Positions 1 through 12,268 of a stretch of 64,000 bases of DNA are shown here, piece by piece (positions within the stretch are counted from its first letter, which is position 1; every line of letters begins with the position of its first letter). A model generated the notes under the pieces. The model saw nothing but the letters and a program-made list of their open reading frames with translations, ran no database searches and was not told where the DNA came from. The DNA lies in contig CM000429.1 in assembly GCA_000165345.1 (NCBI GenBank), forward strand, positions 64,001 through 128,000, written 5' to 3'. The position numbers and the translations under genes were made by a program.

Positions 1-154
1 CCATAAAAAACCCGTATTTATAGCTTTCTAAGCTATTATGATTTTCAAAGAAATGCCAAGATGGTGGGAATTCTATTTCATTAAGGTTTCCAGACGAATT
101 TAGACAATGTGTTTTTAATATTATTAATACAAAAGTCAAAAATAATAAACTCAT
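1..154 (-). CDS. Partial first exon or N-terminus of a secreted protein; the gene runs off the window start. ATG is at 154..152 and the reading frame stays open to position 1.
   Basis: Minus-strand ORF MSLLFLTFVLIILKTHCLNSSGNLNEIEFPPSWHFFENHNSLESYKYGFFM... with a signal-peptide-like hydrophobic N-terminus. It is below the 60-aa cut-off, so absent from the ORF track. I recognise no homology. Confidence 0.3.
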   Translation of the reverse strand, partial: MSLLFLTFVLIILKTHCLNSSGNLNEIEFPPSWHFFENHNSLESYKYGFFM

Positions 155-494
155 TGATTAGCAACTACAATAAATGATTGATTACCAAAAAAAACTATCT
201 AGCTCATATTATTAACTTAAATCGTAAAGTTAAATAAAAATTAAATTTATGCAATTTATTATCACTTTTACCTAAAGTATGCTCTATTTCTCGAGTTCAA
301 TTCTCAACTTTATAATAAGTTGCGTTTTGCATGCAAATTATTAAACTAGACAAAAAATAAGTGTTTCAAAGCAAATTAAATACTGTGTGATGTCAGCATT
401 GCATTTAAAAGTAAAAAATCTCTTTGGTAAATCTTCAATTATTACTTCGCAAAATTATCTGTAATAATTTCCAATGCTAAGATCAAATTAATAT

Positions 495-510
495 TGGCGC
501 CAAAATCTCA
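495..510. promoter_or_regulatory. E2F-like palindromic box TTGGCGCCAAAA, about 60 bp upstream of the ZNF207-like ATG.
   Basis: ttggcgccaaaatctc is a GC island in an AT-rich promoter. The same motif family recurs upstream of most genes in the window. Confidence 0.4.
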
Positions 511-564
511 ATGCATATTTTAATATTCAAGAATAATACTGCTTAAAAAACTTTTTTTTCCATA

Positions 565-1364
565 ATGGGTAGGAAAAAAAGGAAGATAGCTGAAATCAAA
601 CCATTTTGTTACTATTGTAACCGCGAGTTTGGAGATGAAAAGGTTTTGAAACAGCACCAAAAAGTGAGACATTTGAAATGCTTACACTGCAGTAGAAAGC
701 TTTCAACTGTTTCTGGATTAATTGTTCACATGCTACAGGTAAGTTGGAATTTTAAATCTTCAAAAATTTATAGCTAAGATTGATGAATTAATTCATCCCA
801 ATATTTTAGGTCCACAAAGAGACTTTATCTAGAATTCCAAATGCCATTCCTGGACGTGACATTCCGGATATTGTAATTAATGGTATGAAAGGAGTACCTT
901 CTGAATTAATAGAAGAAAGAATAAAGAAACAGAATGTGGAAATAGATATACAAAAAAATCTAAAAAGTTATAATCCTCATGGAAATAAGATGATGGCATT
1001 AATGAACGAGGTTGCGACAAATTTTGTTAAGGAACACAGTAAGTTTAAATTCAGTAATTACTTAGAATTTTAAATCCTCAAAAATTAAACTTCAGATCTA
1101 GGGGATATACGCGTTCCAGGAATGTATGGAGGCCCAGAATTCATCTTTGGAGCAATGCTTCCCTTCCCAAATCAAAAACCAATCCCAGGTGTAATGGTTC
1201 AAAGGGAGAATGAGAATTTGGGGAAAACATCAAAAAATTACGAGCTCATAATGGTCCTAGAAGATTCAGATACTTCTCCGGAGGAATTGTATGCATCAAA
1301 ACTATTTTCTTACAAGATAATTAGAAAGCATGCACCAATTAATATTTCGCTTATTAAAAAGTAA
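565..1364 (+). CDS. ZNF207: ZNF207/BuGZ-like C2H2 zinc-finger protein, 3 exons: 565..738, 810..1038, 1096..1364 (acceptor alternatively at 1101/1102; both are in frame).
   Basis: Exon 1 MGRKKRKIAEIKPFCYYCNREFGDEKVLKQHQKVRHLKCLHCSRKLSTVSGLIVHMLQ then exon 2 VHKETLSRIPNAIPGRDIPDIVINGMKGVPSELIEERIKKQ... match the BuGZ N-terminus ([56 protein letters not shown]). Donors are cag|gtaagt (739) and aca|gtaagt (1039); the first acceptor is ttttag|g (809). Confidence 0.75.
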
Positions 1365-2468
1365 TTAACTAGATTTTTTAAGATGAGATTTTTGGAGTTC
1401 CCATATTTTATCTGTAAATCCTTTATCTAGAAAACTTTGTATTGCTTCTGCAACACTCGGAGAATAATATGTGAGATAGAAAAACAAAAGTTCATGACCC
1501 TGAGCAATCCAAGCTTCATTTAAAAGATTCGAGGTTGCTTTAACCATTAAATCTGAACATTTTTCCGAGGCCATCCCCTTCAATTTATGAGCACCAACGT
1601 TCAGAGATCCATCGTGCAGAACATTTCTTGAATCAAACTCAGTTTGGACATGCCCTGGATAGATGTTAGTAATAACTACGTTGGGGTTGCCAAGGTGAAT
1701 TGCTGGAGAAATATTTTCCTTCTTGTCACCAGAATAGTTATATTCCAAGTATTCATCCCAGTTAGTATAGTTCAATTCTTTTCTCAATGCCTGGAAAAAT
1801 GAAAGACAAGCTCTTTTGCTTGCTCCATATGCACATCTTCCAGGTAATACTACATAGGACTGGATACTAAGTGTATTTATTAAATGCCCTGACTTTTGCG
1901 GAATAAAACATTTAGAAAGAACTTGTTTAGAAATTTTCATGCTACCTAATGAGTTGATCATCATAACCTTTTCATCTGACTCAAAGCTACCTATGATTGC
2001 TCTTTGGCCAATTCCGGCATTATTATATAGAATATCAATTTTTCCTTTCCAATTTCTAGCTTCATCAACCTTTGAGTCAATTGCGTCTAAATCACCAATA
2101 TCGAATTCTAAGACTAAAATATCATTTTCGGGAAACTTAAATTCCTCAACCAAATCATTCTTTAGTTGGTTGAGTCGTTTACTATCCCTACTTGTTAGGA
2201 TTAAAGATAGTGTAATATTACTTTCCTTTGAAAGTTTTGCTAATCTCAAAGCAAGAGCTTTGCCAATTCCAGAAGAGGCTCCTGTAATCCAAACTACTTT
2301 ATCTTTGAAGTATCCAGGAGAAATGTCATCACTTAAACAGCCTAAATTGAAGTCAGAGTATTTAGAAATCAAAGTGACAAACATGCCCCAAACTAACACT
2401 GGCAGTGCAATAAATGCACTAAGAATAAAACCATATACATTCAAAATCGTTCTAAGTGCCCTTCTCAT
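1365..2468 (-). CDS. Short-chain dehydrogenase/reductase (SDR) with an N-terminal membrane anchor.
   Basis: 367 aa. TM helix ILSAFIALPVLVWGMFVTLI, Rossmann motif ITGASSGIGKALA, NNAG motif, and catalytic Y-x3-K (CAYGASKRA). Its stop codon directly abuts the stop of the convergent ZNF207-like gene. Confidence 0.85.
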   Translation of the reverse strand: MRRALRTILNVYGFILSAFIALPVLVWGMFVTLISKYSDFNLGCLSDDISPGYFKDKVVWITGASSGIGKALALRLAKLSKESNITLSLILTSRDSKRLNQLKNDLVEEFKFPENDILVLEFDIGDLDAIDSKVDEARNWKGKIDILYNNAGIGQRAIIGSFESDEKVMMINSLGSMKISKQVLSKCFIPQKSGHLINTLSIQSYVVLPGRCAYGASKRACLSFFQALRKELNYTNWDEYLEYNYSGDKKENISPAIHLGNPNVVITNIYPGHVQTEFDSRNVLHDGSLNVGAHKLKGMASEKCSDLMVKATSNLLNEAWIAQGHELLFFYLTYYSPSVAEAIQSFLDKGFTDKIWELQKSHLKKSS

Positions 2469-2555
2469 TTCAATGTTGAAAATCTAATACAAGAACCAAG
2501 TATCTTAATTAATTTTATCAAAGTATGAATTCATGCACATACAAATAATTATAAT

Positions 2556-2580
2556 CGAAGGCGCGCAAATGTGGCGCCAC
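2556..2580. promoter_or_regulatory. GC-rich E2F-like element (GGCGCGCAAATGTGGCGCCA) in the divergent SDR/USP14 promoter.
   Basis: ggcgcgc followed by tggcgcca within a 160-bp bidirectional intergenic region (2469..2629). Confidence 0.45.
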
Positions 2581-2629
2581 AATAATTTTAATGTGAACAC
2601 AAGTAATAATTAATATTAAGTTAAATGCA

Positions 2630-4096
2630 ATGGAGCAAATAAAAGTAACAGTCAAGTGGAACGTGAAAACCTTTGAAGATGTTGATCTTGTTTTTTCAAG
2701 TCCTCTTTCTGAGTTTAGGGAGAGGTTAAGCAATTTGACAGGGGTACCTGCTTCTAAGCAGAAATTAATGTCCCAAAGAGGTGTATTAAGAGATGGGATG
2801 GATTTAAATAAGCTTGGTTTAAAGCCTGGATCAAAGATAGTTCTTGTGGGTACTGCAGAAGGAGGTGAATTGAAGGCTCCATCAGAGAAAACTATATTTT
2901 TTGAGGACTTAACTTCGGATGAAAGGGCAAAGATCTTGCATGAAAAGGAAATAGTACCTCTTCCAGTAGGCCTAGAGAATCTGGGAAATACGTGCTATTT
3001 AAATTCAATAATTCATATGTTGAGAAGTATCCCTAGTTTTTTACAGATTTTGAGAAATAGCAATTTGAGCTCATCTGAAAGAACAAGTTCAAGTTCAGGA
3101 AATTCAATTAAATTTCTCAATTCGTTTAAACAGTTAATGGACAAGATGGACGGAAGCATTGAAAGAGTGGTTCCAGGAGAGTGTGTTGACTTATTTAGGC
3201 GTCAGTTCCCCCAATACAGTACAACAACTGGAGGAGCTTTTGCGATGTACCAACAACAAGATGCAGAGGAAGTTTTGGGAAGTTTGCTTACATTGTTTAG
3301 AAACGAGCTAGACGGAAAAGATGGAGACGATCAGACAATAGGGGATATATTTCGTTTTAGAATGAAAACTAAATTTAAAAATACTGCATTAGAGACTGAC
3401 GAGGAAGTTAAAATGGAGGAGAATTATAAGCTTATGTGTCATATGGGAACTCAATTGAATCCTGTAGACTTCTTAACTCAAGGTATTAAGCTCTCATTAG
3501 ATGAGAAAGTTGAGAAGAAATCTTCTGAAACAGGTATCGACTCTATTTATCAAAAAACTTCGGAAATAGATTCTTTGCCACCATATTTACTTGTACAGCT
3601 TGTACGATTTGAATGGAAAAAATCTAGTGAGATTGCAAGAACAGAGGCTACTAGAGCAAAAGTATGTAGAAAGATTGAGTTTTCCCAAAATTTAGATCTT
3701 TATGAATTTTGCTCTGAAGATTTAAAAAAAATCCTTAATATTGGAAGAGATATCTCAGAGAAAAAGAAGAGTAAAGCCATAGAGAAGCCTGATCAAGAAG
3801 AACAGAAAATGGAGACAGAGTTATATACAGATTGTCCTACAGGAGTATATGAACTCGAATGCGTAGTTACTCACCAAGGTCGTACTGCCGACAGTGGGCA
3901 TTACGTTGCTTGGAGATATTGTCCAAATGATCGAGAATACATTATTAAATTTGATGACGACAAGGTCTCGAGAATAAAAGCCAAGGATGCAGATCTTTCA
4001 GGTGGTAGATCTGACTACCACATAGCTGTAATGCTTTTATACAAAAAAACAGTAATTAAGGCTTCAGAAGAGGAGATGGCCACATTATTAAGTTAG
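2630..4096 (+). CDS. USP14: Ubiquitin carboxyl-terminal hydrolase of the USP14/Ubp6 type (N-terminal ubiquitin-like domain plus USP catalytic domain); single exon.
   Basis: N-terminal UBL (KVTVKWNVKTFEDVDLVFSSP...GSKIVLVGT), Cys box GLENLGNTCYLNSIIHML, His box YELECVVTHQGRTADSGHYVAWR. 488 aa, similar in size to Ubp6. Confidence 0.9.
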   Translation: MEQIKVTVKWNVKTFEDVDLVFSSPLSEFRERLSNLTGVPASKQKLMSQRGVLRDGMDLNKLGLKPGSKIVLVGTAEGGELKAPSEKTIFFEDLTSDERAKILHEKEIVPLPVGLENLGNTCYLNSIIHMLRSIPSFLQILRNSNLSSSERTSSSSGNSIKFLNSFKQLMDKMDGSIERVVPGECVDLFRRQFPQYSTTTGGAFAMYQQQDAEEVLGSLLTLFRNELDGKDGDDQTIGDIFRFRMKTKFKNTALETDEEVKMEENYKLMCHMGTQLNPVDFLTQGIKLSLDEKVEKKSSETGIDSIYQKTSEIDSLPPYLLVQLVRFEWKKSSEIARTEATRAKVCRKIEFSQNLDLYEFCSEDLKKILNIGRDISEKKKSKAIEKPDQEEQKMETELYTDCPTGVYELECVVTHQGRTADSGHYVAWRYCPNDREYIIKFDDDKVSRIKAKDADLSGGRSDYHIAVMLLYKKTVIKASEEEMATLLS

Positions 4097-4192
4097 CTAA
4101 CAAATAATAGATAATAAGAAAAAAACTTAGAAACTATCATTAAGTACATCGATTTTAGATCATCGTAGAATTCTATAGCTTCATTTCACGAC

Positions 4193-4526
4193 CTACTTGG
4201 AGAAGCTGAGCATTTGTTTCTCGTTGAATAAACGATTCAAACATGCATCACTCTCACCTCTCTGTCTAACAGCTCCAGAAATTGCGAAACTAACAACTTG
4301 ACCAGTAGCAACACCTTCATCGTCAACTAAAGCGACGTCAATCTGAACGGCTCCATGCTCCTTGGATGGAATCAATCTCTTGGTAGCTGAGCACTTTCTT
4401 GGGATATATAAATCAACGATCTTTCCTTCAATGTTCTATTAATGCAAATGAAAAGTTAGATGGTCTACTCCTATAAACGGACGAATCCACTAAGGAAGTC
4501 GTAGTGGAAACTCATAACAATAATAC
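4193..4526 (-). CDS. RPS21: 40S ribosomal protein S21e, 2 exons: 4521..4526 (ATGCAG) and 4193..4435; intron 4436..4520 (85 nt).
   Basis: Spliced product MQ|NIEGKIVDLYIPRKCSATKRLIPSKEHGAVQIDVALVDDEGVATGQVVSFAISGAVRQRGESDACLNRL... matches RPS21e (MQND.GE.VDLYVPRKCSA.NR.I..KDHAS.Q.NVA..D..TGR...TYAICGA.RRMGESDD). A 6-nt first exon ATGCAG|gtaagt and acceptor ttaatag|AAC. The track shows only the 3' part (4193..4375). Confidence 0.75.
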
Positions 4527-4695
4527 TTACCTGCATGATTACAAATTAATAAAAATTATAAAGCTGTATTTCAGAAATTCTAATACACCCTTTTCGAAGT
4601 CCCTTAATTTTCGCTGAATTTATTACTTCTCTGCGAATTCTTCAATATTATTATTTTTCATTATTTACATTGGAGACAGAAAAAAAAATTGTCTC

Positions 4696-4747
4696 GTCGC
4701 GGAGGCGCCCAAAATATGGCGCTTCCAAAAGCCTCAAACCTGGCGCC
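4696..4747. promoter_or_regulatory. Cluster of GGCGCC-type boxes (ggaggcgccc..tggcgc..ctggcgcc) in the RPS21 upstream region.
   Basis: Three GC islands within 52 bp, about 170-220 bp upstream of the RPS21 ATG (minus strand). Confidence 0.4.
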
Positions 4748-4872
4748 TTAATTGGGTTAAATACAAACATGCATTAAAAAAAATAGTGAATTAGAACATA
4801 CTACTAATAAATACTTTGATTAAAGATCTTTAGGCATCTAATGTATTTTTGAATCATCTTGGCTTCATTAAT

Positions 4873-5922
4873 TTACTTGTTTTCAACCAACATGTCATAT
4901 AGTATTGCAATTTCTTTTTTGTAGACTTTGTCATCATTATTCGGATCAGGGGTTTCAAGGATTAATGGAATGTCATTGAATCTTGAGTCGTTCATAATAA
5001 ATTTAAAACATTCCATACCGATGTTACCCTTTCCTAGATTTTCATGTCTATCCAGGCCGGAATTAAACTGCCCTTTTGAATCATTTAGATGCATTGCTTT
5101 TAAATATTTAAGTCCAATTACTGCTTCAAATTCAACCATTACTTTATTAAAACTTTCTGCAGTTCTAACATCATATCCTGCTGCGAAAAGGTGGCAAGTA
5201 TCAAGACAAACTCCAATACGGCTTTTATCCTTAACTCTTTCAATTATTTCAGAAAGCTCTTTAAATCTATAACCTACACATTTTGATTCTGCGCAGTTTT
5301 CTAACACCGTGATTACTGACTTTGTCTGCTCATGGGCTTTATTAATACAATCTGAAATAAATTGAATGGATTCTTCTTTACTGCACTGGCCAACTGTTGA
5401 TCCAGGGTGGAAGTTATAAAGCTTAATTCCTAGTGCATCACACCTTTTGAGCTCATCTTCAAATGCTCCGTACATTTTACTTCTTTTCTCTTCATCCGGA
5501 TTCCCTAGATTTATCAAATATGAACCGTGGGGAATACAAAATTTACAATATTCAATTTTGTTAGTTTCACAATTTTTCTTGAAAAGGTCAATTGTTTGTT
5601 GTTTTAAAGGAGGAGCATTCCATCCACGAGATGGCTTTAGAAACATAGAAAATGCCATCCCCGCAATATTCATTGAATTATTCACTGACTTATCTACTCC
5701 TCCTGATGCACTTACATGAGCTCCCACAAATTTCCGATATTTTTCGGCTAGTTCTTTGTGTCCCTCATATGTATGGCAAACATCATCCCTTACTTTTAAT
5801 TCTGTCTTAATATTCGATGAAAATACTTCTAGTTTTGCCTGTTTCAGATTCCTGCTTTGATTTTTTTCGCCTTTCTCTTCCTTAATTACTTTCTTAAGTG
5901 ATTTCTTTGGAGAATTTGGCAT
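4873..5922 (-). CDS. APN1: AP endonuclease of the endonuclease IV/Apn1 family (base-excision repair); single exon.
   Basis: HVSASGG..NAPP, HGSYLINL, FHPGS, GVCLDTCHLFAAGYD, AMHLNDSK, DRHENLGKG: the full set of Endo IV metal-binding motifs. Lys-rich NLS-like N-terminus. Confidence 0.9.
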   Translation of the reverse strand: MPNSPKKSLKKVIKEEKGEKNQSRNLKQAKLEVFSSNIKTELKVRDDVCHTYEGHKELAEKYRKFVGAHVSASGGVDKSVNNSMNIAGMAFSMFLKPSRGWNAPPLKQQTIDLFKKNCETNKIEYCKFCIPHGSYLINLGNPDEEKRSKMYGAFEDELKRCDALGIKLYNFHPGSTVGQCSKEESIQFISDCINKAHEQTKSVITVLENCAESKCVGYRFKELSEIIERVKDKSRIGVCLDTCHLFAAGYDVRTAESFNKVMVEFEAVIGLKYLKAMHLNDSKGQFNSGLDRHENLGKGNIGMECFKFIMNDSRFNDIPLILETPDPNNDDKVYKKEIAILYDMLVENK

Positions 5923-6177
5923 CTTATCCCAATTATTACACTCTATTGAATAGATCTTTGGGTAATATTAAATTTTGAGAAAAATAGACTTAAAAATTCA
6001 AAGCCTTTTATTCCCTTATAAAAGTTACTAAACGTAAAGTTAACGCGGGAAATATTAATTTATCGCATGCAACATGTAATTCATTAAAGAATTAAGCTAA
6101 TTGAATTGTATAACATTATAACCCCCTAAACTTATTGACTCAAAATTTAGTTATAATGATGAAAACCGCTCCTTTAA

Positions 6178-7926
6178 TTATTTATCGATATTAAAAATAT
6201 CAATAATATCGTTTAAATTTGAGAAATTCTGAGAATTCTTATAATTCCAATATTCATGTGTAAAGTCCCATTCATATTCAACAACATCTTTAGATACAGA
6301 GCTATTTTTGGCATTCAAAACAGATGATGAAAGCCTCTTTCCTTTAGCAAACCATCTTGGCACAGCAGAATTTCCAGTCTTTTCTCTTTTTCTTTGCTTT
6401 TCTTCTAATAGTCCTTTAATGATTTGAGCCCCATCCACGTCTCCAGATTCGTATAATCTCTGATCAGGCCTAAATCTACTGTCAGTTATTGGTATGTTTG
6501 CACCTTTTTCTGGATTGTAATCATCTGATATTTCATTCAATTCAAGAGCCATATATGTTAAGAAAAAATTATGTGAATTATCTCCATTATTAGGATGCGG
6601 GTTACATCTCCAAACAACATTTGATTTGGAATATGGATGAAATGAATCATTTTGAGATTTCGTTGAAGAAATTTGGATTTCTTGGTCTGACTGTCCTTCA
6701 ATGCAGAATAACCTCTGATTATCCTCGTTATAGACTGAGCCTGTTACAATATTTCGTCTTTTACCACGCTTTGAGTTTTCTAAGCTACTATTATATTTAT
6801 TCAATGAATATGAATTATTTGAATCTGAGAAAAATGAGGTCTTTCCTCTATAACCATGATTTTTCGATGTTACATTAACATCTCCTAACCATTCCAACCA
6901 TGTAGAACCAAAAATAATATTATGAATAATGCAATTAGGTCGTTCCCAAGAATATTCCTCCTCTCCATCAGCGGTCCTGATCTTTAAATGAACAGTTCCT
7001 TGTGGAAGAATGGACAGACTGTTTGGTCCAAACGACATAGTTGACCAAACTGTCCCCCAATAGACCCAACTTCCATCATCTGATTCTGCATGATATGCTG
7101 CAACAGGAGGATGATGCATAACTTGCTCTGCAATAAATTTGAACCCTCTATGAGTTAGTTCAAATGTCTCTCCTAATAGGGGATTGAAAGGCTTTGAAAG
7201 TCTCAAAAATGTTGAAGAAATCGCTGAAGATGCAAATACCGTTATATATGCAACTCTTTCATCAACAGATTTGGAATTACTTGCTTTTTTCAGTAAATCA
7301 TGGTATTCTAAATCCTCAGAAAGTCTTTGTATAAAGGATAAAGGCTCATTTAAGCATATAGGCATAGATATCCTTGAAAGATCTTTTCCAAAAACTTGCC
7401 TCATCATTGATAAAAGCGAGAATTTGGCAGATGTTTTTGGAACCGGAAGGTTCCGTCTCCTAGTAATATTACATGTTTCTTCTTTTTCTATATCTTCGTT
7501 TTCAACACAAGTTTTTGTTGTATTTAGCCTTTCAACAGATAATTCATCTTCACTTTCTTTAATACTAACAAAACTTTCCTCACTATTTGTTTTCATTACT
7601 TTATTTTTTTCAATGAGCGAATTACTATTGCTTGATTCTATTATAGAAGATGAACTAATCAGATTATCTACTTCTTCAATTACTGTAGTGGTTTCTGCCT
7701 CGTTACTTACTATATGAACCTCTTCTAATAAATTAGATGAACTTAAAGACTTTGAACGTCTTTCACCTGTATTTGTTTCTATTTCTATATTTTCTAGCAG
7801 GCTAATATGCTTATTTACATCTATCTCTTGAGTTATATCTGTGTTCCTTTCAAGTATCTCTTCTGTTCTAAATCCTTTAGGCTTTCTATGAACATATCTC
7901 GATATTTTCCTTCGGATTCTGTTCAT
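6178..7926 (-). CDS. Oxysterol-binding protein (OSBP/ORP family) lipid-transfer protein. Start moved to the first in-frame ATG (7926); the track start at 7941 is GTG.
   Basis: OSBP fingerprint EQVMHHPPVAAYHAES and surrounding ORD-domain conservation (KPFNPLLGETFEL). Ser/Asn-rich N-terminal extension. Confidence 0.85.
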   Translation of the reverse strand: MNRIRRKISRYVHRKPKGFRTEEILERNTDITQEIDVNKHISLLENIEIETNTGERRSKSLSSSNLLEEVHIVSNEAETTTVIEEVDNLISSSSIIESSNSNSLIEKNKVMKTNSEESFVSIKESEDELSVERLNTTKTCVENEDIEKEETCNITRRRNLPVPKTSAKFSLLSMMRQVFGKDLSRISMPICLNEPLSFIQRLSEDLEYHDLLKKASNSKSVDERVAYITVFASSAISSTFLRLSKPFNPLLGETFELTHRGFKFIAEQVMHHPPVAAYHAESDDGSWVYWGTVWSTMSFGPNSLSILPQGTVHLKIRTADGEEEYSWERPNCIIHNIIFGSTWLEWLGDVNVTSKNHGYRGKTSFFSDSNNSYSLNKYNSSLENSKRGKRRNIVTGSVYNEDNQRLFCIEGQSDQEIQISSTKSQNDSFHPYSKSNVVWRCNPHPNNGDNSHNFFLTYMALELNEISDDYNPEKGANIPITDSRFRPDQRLYESGDVDGAQIIKGLLEEKQRKREKTGNSAVPRWFAKGKRLSSSVLNAKNSSVSKDVVEYEWDFTHEYWNYKNSQNFSNLNDIIDIFNIDK

Positions 7927-9006
7927 ATGATTTACCTCCACACTATTATTCTAATATCTTCTATTTAATAGAAGCCAAACTGATCTTTTTGTTAATTATT
8001 TCACAACAATTCAAAGTTAACTGAAATATTTCATTACTTGGGTAAATACTCCCTCAAAGTTTCACAAACTAATATTAATTTATTTTCTGTTTAATTTCTT
8101 TCAACACAATTAGAAATAATTGATTCCCTTAAGACTAACTATAAGTATGACTTCTTTGTACTTTTCAAAGAATCCTTAGCTACTTAACATGTAAAGAAGG
8201 CTTTTTCTGTGTATTAAAGTCTTGTCGTTTTTTAATCCTTTATTCCTAAAAATCAATTCTTGCATTGACAAAATATTATTGCAACCCTTATTTTTCCCGC
8301 CAATATAAGTCAATGCACATTTACATGTATTATAGACAAGTACAGATAAATAAGAAAAAAAAATTAAATTCATATTATAAATAATAATCAAATTGTATAA
8401 TTGGAAAGAAAAATAGAAAATCTCTGTAGATATTGTATGGAAAAGTTAATTATTCATTTATTATTTTTTTTTCAATCTATTTATGGATGATCTGTAATTT
8501 TATTTTTTAAGATTATATATCTTCAATTAAATATTTACTTTCACAAATTTAGAAATATATAATTTAACTTTGTTTGGACGAAATTAGTTTTTTTTTGCAA
8601 AAAGTATATTAATTAATGAAAAAAATCACAATTTGATTTGCATGCAAACTCTGTCTTAAAATAATCTCATTCAAATAATTAGAAATTCAAATGACTAATT
8701 CTTAGACAATTCGTTTTTAATAAATATAAGAACTGAGTTAGAAATTATGATCGAATGTTACGTATTGAACCTCGAGTTCATCGTAAAAATGTTGAGTAAA
8801 ATGCTAAATTCTCGCACAATCTAGTTTAAGAGAAACAATTGTTATATTAATAGGAATTAGTAATTGAAAGAAATTAGACTGTGAAAATCAAATCGAATAA
8901 GTCAATATTAATGTAAATTATTAGATGATATATATCAATCTAACTTCCAGAGGAAAGGTAGTGTAACACAGATAAAGTAGTTAGCACGCTTCGACCCTCA
9001 AGAAAT

Positions 9007-11469
<2,463 letters not shown>

Positions 11470-11741
11470 TTAATATCTTCAATATATTTATTATGAATTC
11501 TACTTTACCTCTACCTTTTTACTATTGAACCGTTTTAGTAATCGTATATATATACATATATATAAATAAGTATATATTATATTAATGTATATTCATAAAT
11601 GTACTCCTGAATCCAGAATTAATCAGTTTTTATGTTAATTATTCAGATTATCTTTGGAATACTCGCTCTATAATATTCTTTATTTTCTTTTGTCTCCATT
11701 TATTTCCTCTATTCTATTATAAGTGGGGTAATATACCCACA

Positions 11742-11768
11742 TTTTACCGCCTAATTTTTGGCGGTATG
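11742..11768. promoter_or_regulatory. Palindromic TTTTACCGCC...GGCGGTA element in the shared CDC48/Josephin divergent promoter.
   Basis: ttttaccgcctaatttttggcggtatg: an inverted repeat of TACCGCC around an 8-bp spacer, about 300 bp from the CDC48 ATG and 500 bp from the Josephin ATG. Confidence 0.4.
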
Positions 11769-12268
11769 TGTGCATATAATTATTTTAAGTATCTAAGTGG
11801 TTATAAATATTGAAAGTTAATTATTAGTAATTAAAATCAACAAGATATATTTCTTTGATAATAAAGGTGATTGTTAAATTTTCCAAAGTATAATTGAAAG
11901 AGCTGCAATTAAGTTTTTTTTCATATTGCTTTTTCAGACATTTCATGTAATGCATAATTAATCAGGTAGTACGAAATTTAATATTTTATTTTCATCAAAT
12001 AAATATGTATATTTGAAAATATAACATTTATATTTGTTCATAATTAGCGGAAAAGCTTTTCAATTGTGGAAATAGTTGGCTGACTAATTACTATACTTGA
12101 ATCTGAATTCAAGTCTGCTTAACAAGAGTGGGAAATATAAATTATTCCTCGGGAAAGCAATATCTTTATAGGAATGTAATAAATCTAATACCAAAATAAT
12201 TTTAATTTATTAATTGAATATTCAAATATTTATTCTAACTCGAAATAAGTGTTTTTTTTAGTAAAACG

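Noticed and set aside
1939-2487. 182-aa plus-strand ORF overlapping the SDR gene. The same class includes 4928..5272, 5447..5719, 6621..6878, 7184..7717, 9052..9288, 9659..9875, 10017..10989, 11150..11362, 12852..13394, 15507..15856, 18021..18215, 19391..19720, 20453..21544, 25931..26200, 26887..27135, 27608..27817, 28210..28485, 38399..38881, 38544..38789, 39844..40194, 44473..44685, 46045..46308, 46810..47150, 50063..50251, 54907..55119, 55931..56269, 58813..59283, 60272..60511, 61351..61752.
   Set aside because: Shadow or alternate-frame ORFs lying inside longer genes that have strong homology on the other strand or frame. They have low-complexity or repeat-derived composition and no independent signals.
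4600-4760. I considered whether the GC-rich boxes (ggaggcgccc, tggcgcc) upstream of RPS21 could be a tRNA or other structured RNA.
   Set aside because: No cloverleaf, A/B box or TTCGA-loop consensus could be formed. The same boxes recur in most promoters, so they are better explained as cis-regulatory elements.
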